Shown: positions 9,556-18,813, numbered from the stretch's first letter. The stretch is DNA of 64,000 nucleotides from Gaiellaceae bacterium (GCA_035651195.1 DASRGD010000051.1:27476-91475); one strand, 5' to 3'. Made by a program: numbers and translations. Notes: a model not told the origin generated them from the letters alone.

Positions 9556-10308
9556 TTAGACGACGGTCCGGCCTCCGTCGATTGGAAGGGCGATGCCGGT
9601 GATGTACGACGACTCCGACGAGGCGAGGAACACCGCCGCGCCGACCACGTCGTCGACGTTCGCAATCCGCTTCATCGGGATCTCAGCCGCGATCTCGGCC
9701 AGATACGCCTCCGGGTCCGGCCGGCTCGCGACGCTCCGCCGCGCCATCGGCGTGTCGACCATCGTCGGACAGATCGCGTTCACGCGAACGCTCGGCGCCG
9801 CCTCGGCGGCGAGCGCGCGCGTGAGCTGCAGGGCGGCTCCCTTCGAGGCGCAGTAGGCGGCGAGGCCCGGCACGACGACCCAGCCGAGGTCGGAGACCGT
9901 GTTCACGATCGAGCCGCCCTCGCCGCCGAGCATCGCCCGCAGCGCGGCGCGGTTGGTGAAGAAGGTGCCGCTCGCGTTCGTCGTCAGCAGCCGCTGCCAG
10001 AGCGCGTCGCCGATCTCGGTCGCCTGCATCACCGGCTGGTCGAGCCCCGCGTTGTGGCTCAGCACGTCGAGCCGCCCGAAGCGGTCGACGGCGCTGCCGA
10101 TGAGCGCGTCCACCGCCTCGGCGTCGGTGACGTCGGCGACCGCGACCTCCGCCGGCCGGCCGAGCGAGGCGCGAGTCTCCTCGAGCCCGTCGGCGTCGAC
10201 GTCCGTCAGCGTCAGCTCCGCGCCCTCGGCGTCGAAGCGCTGTGCGATCGCGCGGCCGATCCCGGATGCCGCGCCGGTGACGATCGCGACGATGCCTTCG
10301 AGCCGCAT
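9556..10308 (-). CDS. SDR-family oxidoreductase
   Basis: Motifs TGAASGIGRA and NAG, plus catalytic YCASKGA. The ATG at 10306-10308 shares one base with the upstream TGA (TGATG). Confidence 0.9.
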   Translation of the reverse strand: MRLEGIVAIVTGAASGIGRAIAQRFDAEGAELTLTDVDADGLEETRASLGRPAEVAVADVTDAEAVDALIGSAVDRFGRLDVLSHNAGLDQPVMQATEIGDALWQRLLTTNASGTFFTNRAALRAMLGGEGGSIVNTVSDLGWVVVPGLAAYCASKGAALQLTRALAAEAAPSVRVNAICPTMVDTPMARRSVASRPDPEAYLAEIAAEIPMKRIANVDDVVGAAVFLASSESSYITGIALPIDGGRTVV

Positions 10309-11357
10309 CAGGCTGCCCCTGCCGGCGCGGCGAGCAGCGCGTGCACCCGGGGCACGACCTCCTCGGCGAACCTGCACAACTGCTCCGCCGGCGAGCCGAG
10401 ACCCTCGTGGAAGACGACGGTGACGTTGCCGGCGCCCGCCTCCACCGCGCCCGCGACGCAGGTCGCGACGCGGTCCGGGGGTCCAGCCCAGGTGAACGCC
10501 TCGACGAGCTCGTCGGTGACGAGGTGCGCCGAGCCCCAGGCGAGGCGCAGGTCCTTCGCGCGGCAGATCTCCTCGAGCTCGGGCGGCACCTCGACGCCTG
10601 CCCGCTCGACGAAGCCGCGGTCCGGGTAGGAGGCCGAGAGGACGCCGGCGACGAACGAGCGCACGGCGTCGCGGGCGCGGCCGGCGTCCTCGGCAACGGC
10701 GACGTCGACACGCGCGGAGATCGTCACCTCGTCCGGATCGCGTCCCGCGGCGGCCGCGCCGGCGCGGATCGTGTCGACCGCGGCGGCGATGTCGTCCTTG
10801 CGCGCGATCGTGCCGATCATGACCCCGTCGGCGATGCGCCCGCCGAGCTCGAGCAGGCGGCGGCCGCGCGTGGCGATCCAGATCGGCACCTCGCGCAGCG
10901 GCGGGAAATGGAGCTGCGCCGCTGCCGGAAAGAGCGGTCCGGCGCGCTCGACGCGCTCGCCGCGCAAGAGCGCCCGCACGATCTCGACCGCCGCCGCGAC
11001 CGCGTCGAGCGGCCGCTTCCGCTCGAGGCCGAGCTCGTGCAATCCGGAGCCGCCGGCGCCGAGCACGACCAGCGCGCGCCCGCCGGAGTAGTGGTCGAGG
11101 GTCGCGACCGTCGCCGCCGTCGCCGCCGGGTGCTGCACGTACGGATCGGCGACGAACGTCCCGATCCCGATCCGGGACGAGTTGAGGGCCGCGGCGGTCA
11201 AGCCGATCCACATGTCCGCGTGCAGCTTCTCGTTGCCGTAGAGGAAGTAGTCGAAGCCGGCGCGCTCCGCCGCGTCGACGGCTGCGGTCACGTCGGCGAG
11301 GACGTGGCTCTGCGTCACGCCGACGCCCCACGTGACGGCGCGGGGGTCCGCCATCAA
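10308..11357 (-). CDS. LLM-class F420/flavin-dependent oxidoreductase
   Basis: 349 aa with luciferase-like TIM-barrel blocks (GFDYFLYGNE, RIGIGTFVADPYVQHPA, ALVVLGAGG). ATGA overlap with the upstream stop. Confidence 0.8.
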   Translation of the reverse strand: MMADPRAVTWGVGVTQSHVLADVTAAVDAAERAGFDYFLYGNEKLHADMWIGLTAAALNSSRIGIGTFVADPYVQHPAATAATVATLDHYSGGRALVVLGAGGSGLHELGLERKRPLDAVAAAVEIVRALLRGERVERAGPLFPAAAQLHFPPLREVPIWIATRGRRLLELGGRIADGVMIGTIARKDDIAAAVDTIRAGAAAAGRDPDEVTISARVDVAVAEDAGRARDAVRSFVAGVLSASYPDRGFVERAGVEVPPELEEICRAKDLRLAWGSAHLVTDELVEAFTWAGPPDRVATCVAGAVEAGAGNVTVVFHEGLGSPAEQLCRFAEEVVPRVHALLAAPAGAA

Positions 11358-12217
11358 ACTCCGCTGAGCAGCGGCGTGCGCGCAGCGTCCACGGACGCCA
11401 TGAACTTGCGCGCGCGCTCCTCGTCGACCCGGTTCCAGGTGATGCCGTCCACCTTCAGGCTGGTGCCGACGACGACGCCGTCGGCGACGGCGAGGATGTC
11501 GCCGACGTTCGACTCGTTCACGCCCGTGTTGGCGAACAGCACGGTGTCCGGCAGCACCTCCCGCACGGCCTGCAGCTGCGCACGGTCGACCACGCTGCCC
11601 GTCATGACGCCGGAGACGCAGATCGCGTCGGCGAGCGAGATCAGCGCGGCGCCGCGCGCGACGACGTCGATCGGACGCGCCGCGACGGGCGCCGCGAACT
11701 CGGCGACGATGTTGTTCAGGATCCGGACGTTGGCGGCACCGATCTGCCGCCGGTAGCGGAGCGCCTCACCCGGCGCGGTGTTCCAGAAGCCGAAGTCCGA
11801 CCCGTAGGCGCCGGTGAAGATCTCGCGCACGAACGCCGCGCCGGTCGCGTGTGCGACCGCGAGCGCCGCCTTCGGGTCCCAGAGCAGGTCGACGCCGAAC
11901 GGCACGGCGATCACCTCGCGGAGCCCGCCCACCACGGCCGCCATCGCGGCGACCGTCTCGGCGCCGACCTCGAACACGTACGGCCGGTCGTTCTCGTTGC
12001 AGAACATGACCGCGTCGAAGCCGGCCGCCTGCAGCGCCCGCAGGTCGGCGAGCGTGCGCTCGCGGACGAGCGCCATGCCGCCCTCCTCGTCGTACAGCGG
12101 CGAGCCGGGCAGCGCGGGCACGTGCACCATTCCGATCGCGACCTTGTCGCGTCCGAAGACGTCTGTGAGCCAGGTGTGGATGGTCCGATCCTCCGTCCGC
12201 CGTCGCCCGGCGACCAT
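11354..12217 (-). CDS. BtpA/SgcQ-family TIM-barrel protein
   Basis: 287 aa. The blocks AIGMVHVPALPGSPLY, GFDAVMFCNENDRPY and NTGV fit PF03437 as I remember it. Confidence 0.75.
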   Translation of the reverse strand: MVAGRRRTEDRTIHTWLTDVFGRDKVAIGMVHVPALPGSPLYDEEGGMALVRERTLADLRALQAAGFDAVMFCNENDRPYVFEVGAETVAAMAAVVGGLREVIAVPFGVDLLWDPKAALAVAHATGAAFVREIFTGAYGSDFGFWNTAPGEALRYRRQIGAANVRILNNIVAEFAAPVAARPIDVVARGAALISLADAICVSGVMTGSVVDRAQLQAVREVLPDTVLFANTGVNESNVGDILAVADGVVVGTSLKVDGITWNRVDEERARKFMASVDAARTPLLSGV

Positions 12218-12301
12218 AGCCGCGCGCTTTGCGGCATGTCAAATCAGAATCGTGCACGATCGAGCATGACGTCGGCCACGGTGCGGTAGATTGAGGCACC
12301 C

Positions 12302-13153
12302 GTGCATCCCGCGCAGCGCCAGGCCCGAATCGTGCAGCAGCTCCAGGAGGACGGCTTCGTGGAGATCGCGCGCCTGAGCGCGTCGCTCGGCGCCGACCGG
12401 TCGACGATCCGCCGCGACCTCGCGGCGCTCGAGCGACGGGGGCTCGTCCGCCGGACGCGCGGCGGCGCGCTCGCCGGCCCGGCGAGCGGCCACGCCGATA
12501 TCCCGTACGAGGCGAAGCGGCGCGCGCACATGCCGGCGAAGGAGGCGATCGGCGCCCGAGCCGCCGAGCTCGTGGAGCCGGAGGAGGCGGTGCTGCTCGA
12601 CTCGGGCTCGACGACGTTCGCGGTCGCCCGGGCGCTGCGGCACCGGCGAGGGATCACCGTCGTCACGAACGACCTCAACGTCGCGATGTGCTTGGCCGAG
12701 TCGCCGGGCATTCGCCTCGTCGTCACCGGCGGCATCCTGCTCGAGTCCGTCTATACCCTCGTCGGCCCGCGCACGGTGGAGGAGCTACGCGACCTGCACG
12801 TCGACCGCGCCTTCCTCGGCGCCGACGCGATTCACCACGAAGCGGGGATCACGAACGTGACGCTCGTCGAGGTCGAGGTGAAGCGGGCGATGATCGCCGC
12901 CGCTCGGGAGGTCGTCGTCGTCGCCGACTCGAGCAAGTTCGGGCACCGCGCGCTCGCACCGGTCTGCTCGCTCGACGAGGTCGGCCTGATCCTGACCGAC
13001 GAGGGCCTCGACGACGAGACGCGTGGGCTGTACGGCGAGCGGCTCCGCTGCGTGCCGCTCGACGCCGCGCCGCGCGCGACCGGCGCCGACGCGGCGCCCG
13101 TCTGGGCTCGGCGACCGCTCCGCGACGCGCCGCTCGCGACCGCCGAGCCATGA
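12302..13153 (+). CDS. DeoR/GlpR-family transcriptional regulator
   Basis: N-terminal HTH (RQARIVQQLQEDGFVEIARLSASLGADRSTIRRDLAALE) plus a DeoR C-terminal sugar-phosphate sensor domain. Divergent from the BtpA-led gene string (84-bp gap). Confidence 0.9.
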   Translation: MHPAQRQARIVQQLQEDGFVEIARLSASLGADRSTIRRDLAALERRGLVRRTRGGALAGPASGHADIPYEAKRRAHMPAKEAIGARAAELVEPEEAVLLDSGSTTFAVARALRHRRGITVVTNDLNVAMCLAESPGIRLVVTGGILLESVYTLVGPRTVEELRDLHVDRAFLGADAIHHEAGITNVTLVEVEVKRAMIAAAREVVVVADSSKFGHRALAPVCSLDEVGLILTDEGLDDETRGLYGERLRCVPLDAAPRATGADAAPVWARRPLRDAPLATAEP

Positions 13154-13222
13154 CGCGTCTCCGGGCCTCCGTGGTCTAGGATCGCATCGGTTTCGCCCGT
13201 ACGCCAGAGACAGGAGGCTGAG

Positions 13223-13585
13223 ATGGCAGGGGTGGAAGTGCGGGACTTCGGTTCGCCCGACGAGACGCGGGCGCCGGACAAGACGACGGTCGAGGTCGTT
13301 CGGATGGGCGGGTCGACGGCGGCTCGGATGCGGTTGGAGCCGGGCTGGAGGTGGTCGGACTGCATCAAGCCGGTCGTCGGCGGCGAGCGCTGTCAGGCCC
13401 GCCATGTCGGCCTGCTGCAGGCGGGCAGGATGCACGTCGTCCACGACGACGGCACCGAGCAGGAGATCGGGCCAGGCCAGGCCTACGTGATCGAGCCCGG
13501 ACACGACGCGTGGGTCGTCGGCGACGAGGCCGTCGTCGGCTTCGAGTTCGATTCCCGGACCGCCGAGGAGTACGCGCGAGGCTGA
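13223..13585 (+). CDS. Cupin-domain protein
   Basis: 120 aa. AGGAGG SD 5 nt upstream of the ATG. Cupin-like beta-barrel segment (ARHVGLLQAGRMHVVHDDGTEQEIGPGQAYVIEPGHDAWV). Confidence 0.65.
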   Translation: MAGVEVRDFGSPDETRAPDKTTVEVVRMGGSTAARMRLEPGWRWSDCIKPVVGGERCQARHVGLLQAGRMHVVHDDGTEQEIGPGQAYVIEPGHDAWVVGDEAVVGFEFDSRTAEEYARG

Positions 13586-13652
13586 GGCCGTAATCGTGAC
13601 CGGCGCGCCCGCGAGCCGCCGGCGCGGATCGATCACCCGTCGTGCGCGGGAG

Positions 13653-13781
13653 CTAGCGAGCCCGGGTTCCGGGCCACCAGCCGCGCCGGTCACGGTCGTC
13701 GTGGGTTCGCGAGTCGACGCCTTTCAGCGGCGCGACGAACACGAGCACGAGCGCGATCAGGAGGATCAGGAGGCCTGTCAT
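13653..13781 (-). CDS. Possible 42-aa single-TM small protein (hypothetical)
   Basis: Hand translation gives MTGLLILLIALVLVFVAPLKGVDSRTHDDRDRRGWWPGTRAR. It is divergent from the LysR gene. There is no clear SD, and it is too short for the ORF track. Confidence 0.25.
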   Translation of the reverse strand: MTGLLILLIALVLVFVAPLKGVDSRTHDDRDRRGWWPGTRAR

Positions 13782-13840
13782 GGACAGAGCATGCCGTGCC
13801 TAGATGATAAGCGCAAATCGAGTTAGTATTCAGTTCGATC

Positions 13841-14794
13841 ATGAGACTCGATCAATGGCTCGGGATCGAGTTGCGGCATCTCGCCGCGCTCCAGGCGGTC
13901 GCCGAGGAAGGCACGTTCCGGGGCGCGGCGGCACGCCTCGGCTACACCCAGTCCGCGATCAGCCAGCAGATCGCGACGCTCGAGAAGATCGTCGGCGCGA
14001 AGCTGGTCGAGCGCCCGGGCGGGCCGCGGGCGGTCTCCCTGACCGAGACGGGCCGCCTCGTCCTGCGGCACGCCGAGGCGATCATCGCCCGTCTCCAGGC
14101 GGCCCAGGCCGACGTCGCGACGATGCTCGACGGCGGCGCCGGCACGCTCCGCGTCGGGACGTTCCAGAGCGCCGGCGCGCGGATCCTGCCGGAGCTCGTG
14201 CGCCGCTTCAAGCAGGCGTGGCCGAACGTCGAGGTGCGCTTGATCGAATCGGTCTCGGACCCGGAGCTCCTCGGCTACGTCGAGCGCGGCGACCTCGACC
14301 TCAGCTTCGTGATGCCGCCCCTCCCTGACGGGCCGTTCGCGATCACCGAGCTGCTCCGGGACCCGTGGGTCCTGCTCGTGCCTGCGGACTCGCCGCTCGC
14401 CGCCAGGCGGCAGCCGGTCTCGCTGCGCGACGTCGCGGATCTGCCGCTGATCGGCTCGCGGCTCTGTCGCAGCCGTGAGCAGCTGAACTCGCACTTCCGC
14501 GCTCGCGGCCTCAGTCCAACCTACGTCTTCGAGTCGGACGAGAACACGACCGTCCACGGTCTCGTCGCGGCCGGCGCGGGAGTCGCGATCACGCCGAAGC
14601 TCGCGGTGAACCCGAACGACGAGCGCGTGGCCGTGATCGAGCTCGGTCCGAAGGTGCCGCCGCGGGTGATCGCGATCGCCTGGCACCGCGACCGTCATCG
14701 CTCCCCCGCCGCCGCGGCGTTCGTCGAGCTTGCGAAAGAGCTGTGCGTCGAGCTCGAGCCGTCGGCGGGCACCGCCCTCGCCGCGGCCGGCTGA
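13841..14794 (+). CDS. LysR-family transcriptional regulator
   Basis: LysR HTH (LRHLAALQAVAEEGTFRGAAARLGYTQSAISQQIATLE) plus a substrate-binding domain. A relatively AT-rich leader precedes it at 13795-13840. Confidence 0.9.
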   Translation: MRLDQWLGIELRHLAALQAVAEEGTFRGAAARLGYTQSAISQQIATLEKIVGAKLVERPGGPRAVSLTETGRLVLRHAEAIIARLQAAQADVATMLDGGAGTLRVGTFQSAGARILPELVRRFKQAWPNVEVRLIESVSDPELLGYVERGDLDLSFVMPPLPDGPFAITELLRDPWVLLVPADSPLAARRQPVSLRDVADLPLIGSRLCRSREQLNSHFRARGLSPTYVFESDENTTVHGLVAAGAGVAITPKLAVNPNDERVAVIELGPKVPPRVIAIAWHRDRHRSPAAAAFVELAKELCVELEPSAGTALAAAG

Positions 14795-14901
14795 GCAGCC
14801 GCGCGCGACACGCGAGCACCGCCTTGGCATGCGACCCGCAGTGCCGCGACGTGGAATGATCGCGCAGACCGGCAAAACCAGACTGCTGAAAGGAAGCGAA
14901 C

Positions 14902-15591
14902 ATGGACTCGTTTGCGATTGCGACTCTCCCGGTCGAGCGGCCGGACGAGTGGCGCAGCTTCTGCAAGAGCGTCTCCGGCGGTGAGCGCGCCGAGGCACAC
15001 CGTCAGTTCCTCAGCCGGCTCGGCGTCGACCGCGAGCACATCTTCCACCAGTCCGGCGACGCCGGCGACATGGTGGTGCTCGTCTGGGAAGGCGTCGACC
15101 AGAAGAAGGCCGCGGGGTCGTTCGAAGACCTGCTCCGGAACCCGCGCTCCGAGCACGAGCGGTTTCTCGTGAGCTACGTCATCCCCAGCCTGCACGGCCT
15201 CGACTCGACCGCCGGCCCGCCGCCCGCGATCGAGAAGGTGGCCACGATCGACACCGCGCGCAGTCGGAACGGGAGGCGAGCGACGCCGAAGCGCGGCACC
15301 GCGAAGCGGGCGACCGCGAAACGCGCTGCAGCGAAGCGCGGCACTGCGAAGAAGACAACTGCGAAGAAGACGACGACGAAGCGCAGCACCGCGAAGCGCG
15401 GCAGCGCGACGAAGACGACGGCGAAGCGCAGCACCGCGAGGCGCGGGGCCGCGAAGAAGGCGACGGCGAAGCGGGCGACGGCGACGAAGAAGACGGCGGC
15501 GAGGCGGCGGCCTGCAAAGAGCGGCGCCTCGGCAAAGAGCGGCGGCGCCGCGCGGAGGAAGACCGCCGGGAGGAAGACGCGCGGGCGGTAG
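14902..15591 (+). CDS. Protein with an unassigned ~110-aa N-terminal domain and a histone-H1/Hc1-like (T/A)AK(R/K) repeat tail
   Basis: 229 aa with a GAAAGGAAG SD. The C-terminal ~115 aa is almost only A/K/R/T repeats (TAKRATAKRAAAKRGTAKKTTAKKTTTKRSTAKR...). Confidence 0.7.
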   Translation: MDSFAIATLPVERPDEWRSFCKSVSGGERAEAHRQFLSRLGVDREHIFHQSGDAGDMVVLVWEGVDQKKAAGSFEDLLRNPRSEHERFLVSYVIPSLHGLDSTAGPPPAIEKVATIDTARSRNGRRATPKRGTAKRATAKRAAAKRGTAKKTTAKKTTTKRSTAKRGSATKTTAKRSTARRGAAKKATAKRATATKKTAARRRPAKSGASAKSGGAARRKTAGRKTRGR

Positions 15592-15743
15592 CGGCCGCGA
15601 CGATGATCGTCCGCCGCGCGCGCTCGGCGTGCTTTGCGTGGATAGACACGAGCGGTAGGCGTTATGCTGACGTCGCGGGATGGTGAGCCGGATCGGTGCC
15701 GCAGACGATCCGGCGTTCTTGAACAGCGTCCCGCGTTCCAGGT

Positions 15744-15773
15744 GATCGGCCTCGTCGCCCTACGAGGCCGATC
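15744..15773 (+). terminator. Perfect 12-bp stem / 6-nt loop hairpin (GATCGGCCTCGT-cgccct-ACGAGGCCGATC); possible terminator or 5' regulatory structure
   Basis: Read directly from the sequence. It lies about 150 nt downstream of the H1-like gene and about 80 nt upstream of the methyltransferase start. No U-tract follows. Confidence 0.3.
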
Positions 15774-15852
15774 CCGTTCCGGAGCGAGTCGTCCCCGGCG
15801 CGCTGGGTTGTACGATCTCCTCTCGCGACCCCGAGTCGAGCGTGCGCCGCCC

Positions 15853-16620
15853 ATGAGCCCGACCTCCCAGGAGACGGAGTCGCCGCTGACTCGGACCGCG
15901 GCGTCTGCTGCGGGCGTCGACTCGTCCGGCGGCAACGCCGAGTGGTTCGCCGAGACGTACTGGGAGCAGGTCGGCTCGACGTGCAGGTGGGGACGCTATC
16001 TGTCCGCTCTCGAGGAGCGGGAGATTCTCGCGGCCGCGGCCGAGTTCGAGCCCGGTCTCGTTCTCGAGGTCGGCTGCGACGGCGGACGCTGGTGCACGCT
16101 CCTCGCCGAACGCGGGTGGAACATCGTCGGAACGGACGTGAACCCCACCGCGCTCGCCGTGGCGAGGCGCCGGGTGCCGCGGGGCCTGTTCGTCGAAGCC
16201 GGCGGTGACGAGCTACCTGCGGCCGCCGGCTCGGTGCGCCTGCTGCTCGCGATCCAGGTACCGGCGGTCGCGCACACGGACTGGTTCGTGCGGGAGGCAG
16301 GTCGAGTGCTCGAGCCGGGCGGTGCGCTCGTCTTCTCGATCAACAACAGAAGCTCGTGGCGTGCGCTGAAGCACAACGCGCCGGGCGAGTACCCGGAGAG
16401 CTACACGTCGTTCCGACGACGCCTGTCGAAACGCGGTCTCTTCGTCGACCGGGCGAGAGGTGCCGCATGGTTCCCCTTCCACCGTACGTCCGACTCTGCG
16501 TTGGTCGGGAGAGCGGTGGGGATCGAGGAAACCCTCCGGCTGTCGGCTCTCCCGCAGCTCAGCCCGCTCGTCGTCGGGACTGCGCACCGTCCGCCCGTGC
16601 GCCGACCAGCCCTGTCCTAG
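15853..16620 (+). CDS. Class I SAM-dependent methyltransferase
   Basis: Motif I LEVGCDGG, followed by GTDVNP and LEPGGALVF. I prefer the ATG at 15853 (MSPTSQE); the upstream part of the track ORF is Arg-rich. Confidence 0.75.
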   Translation: MSPTSQETESPLTRTAASAAGVDSSGGNAEWFAETYWEQVGSTCRWGRYLSALEEREILAAAAEFEPGLVLEVGCDGGRWCTLLAERGWNIVGTDVNPTALAVARRRVPRGLFVEAGGDELPAAAGSVRLLLAIQVPAVAHTDWFVREAGRVLEPGGALVFSINNRSSWRALKHNAPGEYPESYTSFRRRLSKRGLFVDRARGAAWFPFHRTSDSALVGRAVGIEETLRLSALPQLSPLVVGTAHRPPVRRPALS

Positions 16621-16621
16621 G

Positions 16622-17440
16622 TCAGGTCGTCTCCGCCTCGCGCTCCTGAACCTGGCTCGCAGCAGGCTCCGTCGACGCGGGCGCGTCCCGCGCACCGCCG
16701 ATCGAGTGAGGAAAAGCAAGCTCCGAGATGAAGCCGTCGCTCGACAGCACCAGGCGGTCGAAGTCGCCGCGGTGCAGCTCGTGACCCTCGGCGCCGGGCT
16801 TGAACGCGACCGCCACGTTTCCGACCAGACGCACGTCGTAGCCGGCCGGGCGAACGAGCAGGTCGACGATCTTGCCGACCTGGTTCGCGACCCGCTCGTC
16901 CTCGCCGAGGTCGCGGAGGCTCTCCGACTCGCGCAGCGTCGGGCTGGTCGCGAACGACCAGCGCAGATCGTCGAGGACGAGCCAGCGGTCGGGACGCAGC
17001 AGGCGGTCGACCAGCAGGAAGGCGAACCCGTCGATCTCCCACGTGTGCGCGCCGTCGACGAAGCAGAAGTCGAAGCACGGCTCGGTCTCCGTCCCAGCGG
17101 TTTGCGCCTCGAGGATCTTCAGCAGCTCCCAGTTGTACGACGTCGCCGCGACGACGCGTCGCACCCAGCGCCCGAGGCCGAGATGCGCCAGGACCTGGTC
17201 GAGGTTCGGGACCCGGTCGAGCGCATCGGTCCTGTCCATCGTCGTGACGCGGCCGCTGCCCTTCTCGTCGAGCGCTGCCGCGAGGTAGGCGGTCGAGGTG
17301 CCATGGCCGAAGCCGAGCTCCAGGAGATCGTCGATGCCGTCCCTGCTCGCGAGCTCGTACAGCAGCCGCCCCACGCTCGGCGAGGTCAGCGGCTCGTACT
17401 CGAGCTCGGCGAGGCCCCGCTGCACGGCTTCGAACTTCAT
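16622..17440 (-). CDS. Class I SAM-dependent methyltransferase (Methyltransf_24 / O-MT family-3-like)
   Basis: Motifs LELGFGHGTSTAYLA and FCFVDGAH. Convergent with the previous gene, with 1 nt between the stops. Confidence 0.7.
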   Translation of the reverse strand: MKFEAVQRGLAELEYEPLTSPSVGRLLYELASRDGIDDLLELGFGHGTSTAYLAAALDEKGSGRVTTMDRTDALDRVPNLDQVLAHLGLGRWVRRVVAATSYNWELLKILEAQTAGTETEPCFDFCFVDGAHTWEIDGFAFLLVDRLLRPDRWLVLDDLRWSFATSPTLRESESLRDLGEDERVANQVGKIVDLLVRPAGYDVRLVGNVAVAFKPGAEGHELHRGDFDRLVLSSDGFISELAFPHSIGGARDAPASTEPAASQVQEREAETT

Positions 17441-17516
17441 GGGCGAGTCTCCGGCTGTCGCCGCCTCGATTGTCTCAGCCGTGTTCGATCTCCCGCAGCC
17501 GAACGCAGACGGGCGG

Positions 17517-18812
17517 TCAATTGCGTCCAGTCGAGCTCGCCGCCTGCGCCGCGGCGACGTCGGTCACCGTCGCCGCCGGCAGGATCAGCCCCGTCGTCGG
17601 CGGGAGCGTGACCTCCGAGACCACGCGGCCGTCCGGCGCCAGGTAGGCGCCCCCGAGCGTGAACCGCTGCGACTTCGACCCGTCGGGATTGACGAGGGCG
17701 ACTCCCCGGCTGTAGCGCCGGAGCCAGCCGTTCCCGAGGCGCCGCTTCGGAGCCTTCGGCAGGCCGATATCCGTCGTCCACGCACCGTCCCACGGATCGA
17801 CGCCGCTCGTCGGCTGGTAGATGTACGCCCCCCCGCGCCCGTCCCACTCGAGCAGGAACGACGCCCGGCCGTAGCTCATTCGCCGCGCGTCGCCGCGCGG
17901 CCCGTACGCGAGGCCGACGAAGTCCTTCCCGAGCGCCTGGGCGGTCTCCTGCAGCCGCGCCCAACCGTCCCAGGCCTGATTCCAGGCCGAGCCCGACGCG
18001 CGGAGGGTGTTGCGCCCGTCGGACGTCTGCTCGTAGAACTCGTTGGTGAGACCGCTGACGTAGGGAGCGAGGCGACGCCACCACCGCAGCGTAGTCGTGC
18101 CGTCGTCGCTCTCGGGCGAGCCGCGCGTGAAGGCGGAGGCGTTCACGAGCACGTAGTAGCCTCGTGCGCGTAAGCCGTTGCCGACCGCCCGAACGAACGA
18201 AAGCTCGGCGGCGGCCCAAGCCCGGGCATTCGGGTACTTCGCAGCCTCGGTGCCGGCGAGCGGCTCGAGGTCGGGGATCACGTCGTCGATGAACACGCCG
18301 TCGTCCCCGTAGGCGCGGAGCAGGCGGGTGACGTTGGCGAGCCACGCGCGCTGGTATGCCGGATCGCCGACGTCGCCGACGTAATTCGCCGGATACCCCT
18401 GGTTGACGAGCAGATCTCCGTCACGGCCCTTGAGCAGCCAGCCGTGCCGGCGGGCCTGCGCGTACGGCACGCCTGTGTTCCAGTTCGTGTTCACGTCGGT
18501 GCCTGCGAAGTAGACGAGCGAGCGCCCCGGTTCCCGCGCCGCCCGGGCGGCGAGATCGAGACTGACGATCAGGTACGAATACGCGCCGTACGTCGACGCG
18601 GCCCGCCAGGAGTCGAGGCCGTACCGCACCGCGCCGATCCCCGGGACCGGGCGCGAGGGACGTGGTGCGAACGGCTGCGAGACGGCGCGGAGGCCGGATG
18701 ACGTTCTCCCGACGACGAGGTACGCTGCGACGGCGACCGCCGCGACAACGAGCGCGGCGGCGGCCGCGGCAGCCCGTCCGCGACGGCGGCGAGCGCCGAG
18801 TTCACCGCGCAC
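17517..18812 (-). CDS. Secreted/membrane-anchored glycoside-hydrolase-like TIM-barrel protein, GHL15/GH114-like (paralog 1 of 3)
   Basis: Shares long blocks with ORFs 28045..29208 and 40824..42488 (SLVYFAGTDVNxxWxTGVPY, GWLL, NYVGDVG, GVFIDDV, GYYVLVNA, WxQxWDGWxRL, ASFLLEWxG). It has an N-terminal TM segment (AAAAAAALVVAAVAVAAYLVV). GTG 18810-18812 was chosen so the gene does not overlap the divergent sortase. Confidence 0.6.
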   Translation of the reverse strand: MRGELGARRRRGRAAAAAAALVVAAVAVAAYLVVGRTSSGLRAVSQPFAPRPSRPVPGIGAVRYGLDSWRAASTYGAYSYLIVSLDLAARAAREPGRSLVYFAGTDVNTNWNTGVPYAQARRHGWLLKGRDGDLLVNQGYPANYVGDVGDPAYQRAWLANVTRLLRAYGDDGVFIDDVIPDLEPLAGTEAAKYPNARAWAAAELSFVRAVGNGLRARGYYVLVNASAFTRGSPESDDGTTTLRWWRRLAPYVSGLTNEFYEQTSDGRNTLRASGSAWNQAWDGWARLQETAQALGKDFVGLAYGPRGDARRMSYGRASFLLEWDGRGGAYIYQPTSGVDPWDGAWTTDIGLPKAPKRRLGNGWLRRYSRGVALVNPDGSKSQRFTLGGAYLAPDGRVVSEVTLPPTTGLILPAATVTDVAAAQAASSTGRN

Positions 18813-18813
18813 G

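Noticed and set aside
7825-10629. 934-aa plus-strand ORF, and similar long Arg-rich ORFs (e.g. 618..2324, 4653..5942, 16460..17611, 35797..37776, 43816..45804, 46648..48810)
   Set aside because: All are antisense or off-frame to ORFs with clear family motifs, have no recognisable domains, and have Arg/Asp/Pro-dominated composition. I treated them as GC-driven artefacts.
15244-15591. Possible tandem repeat or CRISPR-like array (also 40990..41340)
   Set aside because: Both repetitive tracts are in-frame, low-complexity coding sequence (AK-rich tail, poly-Thr/Pro linker). They have no spacer/repeat architecture and no cas genes.
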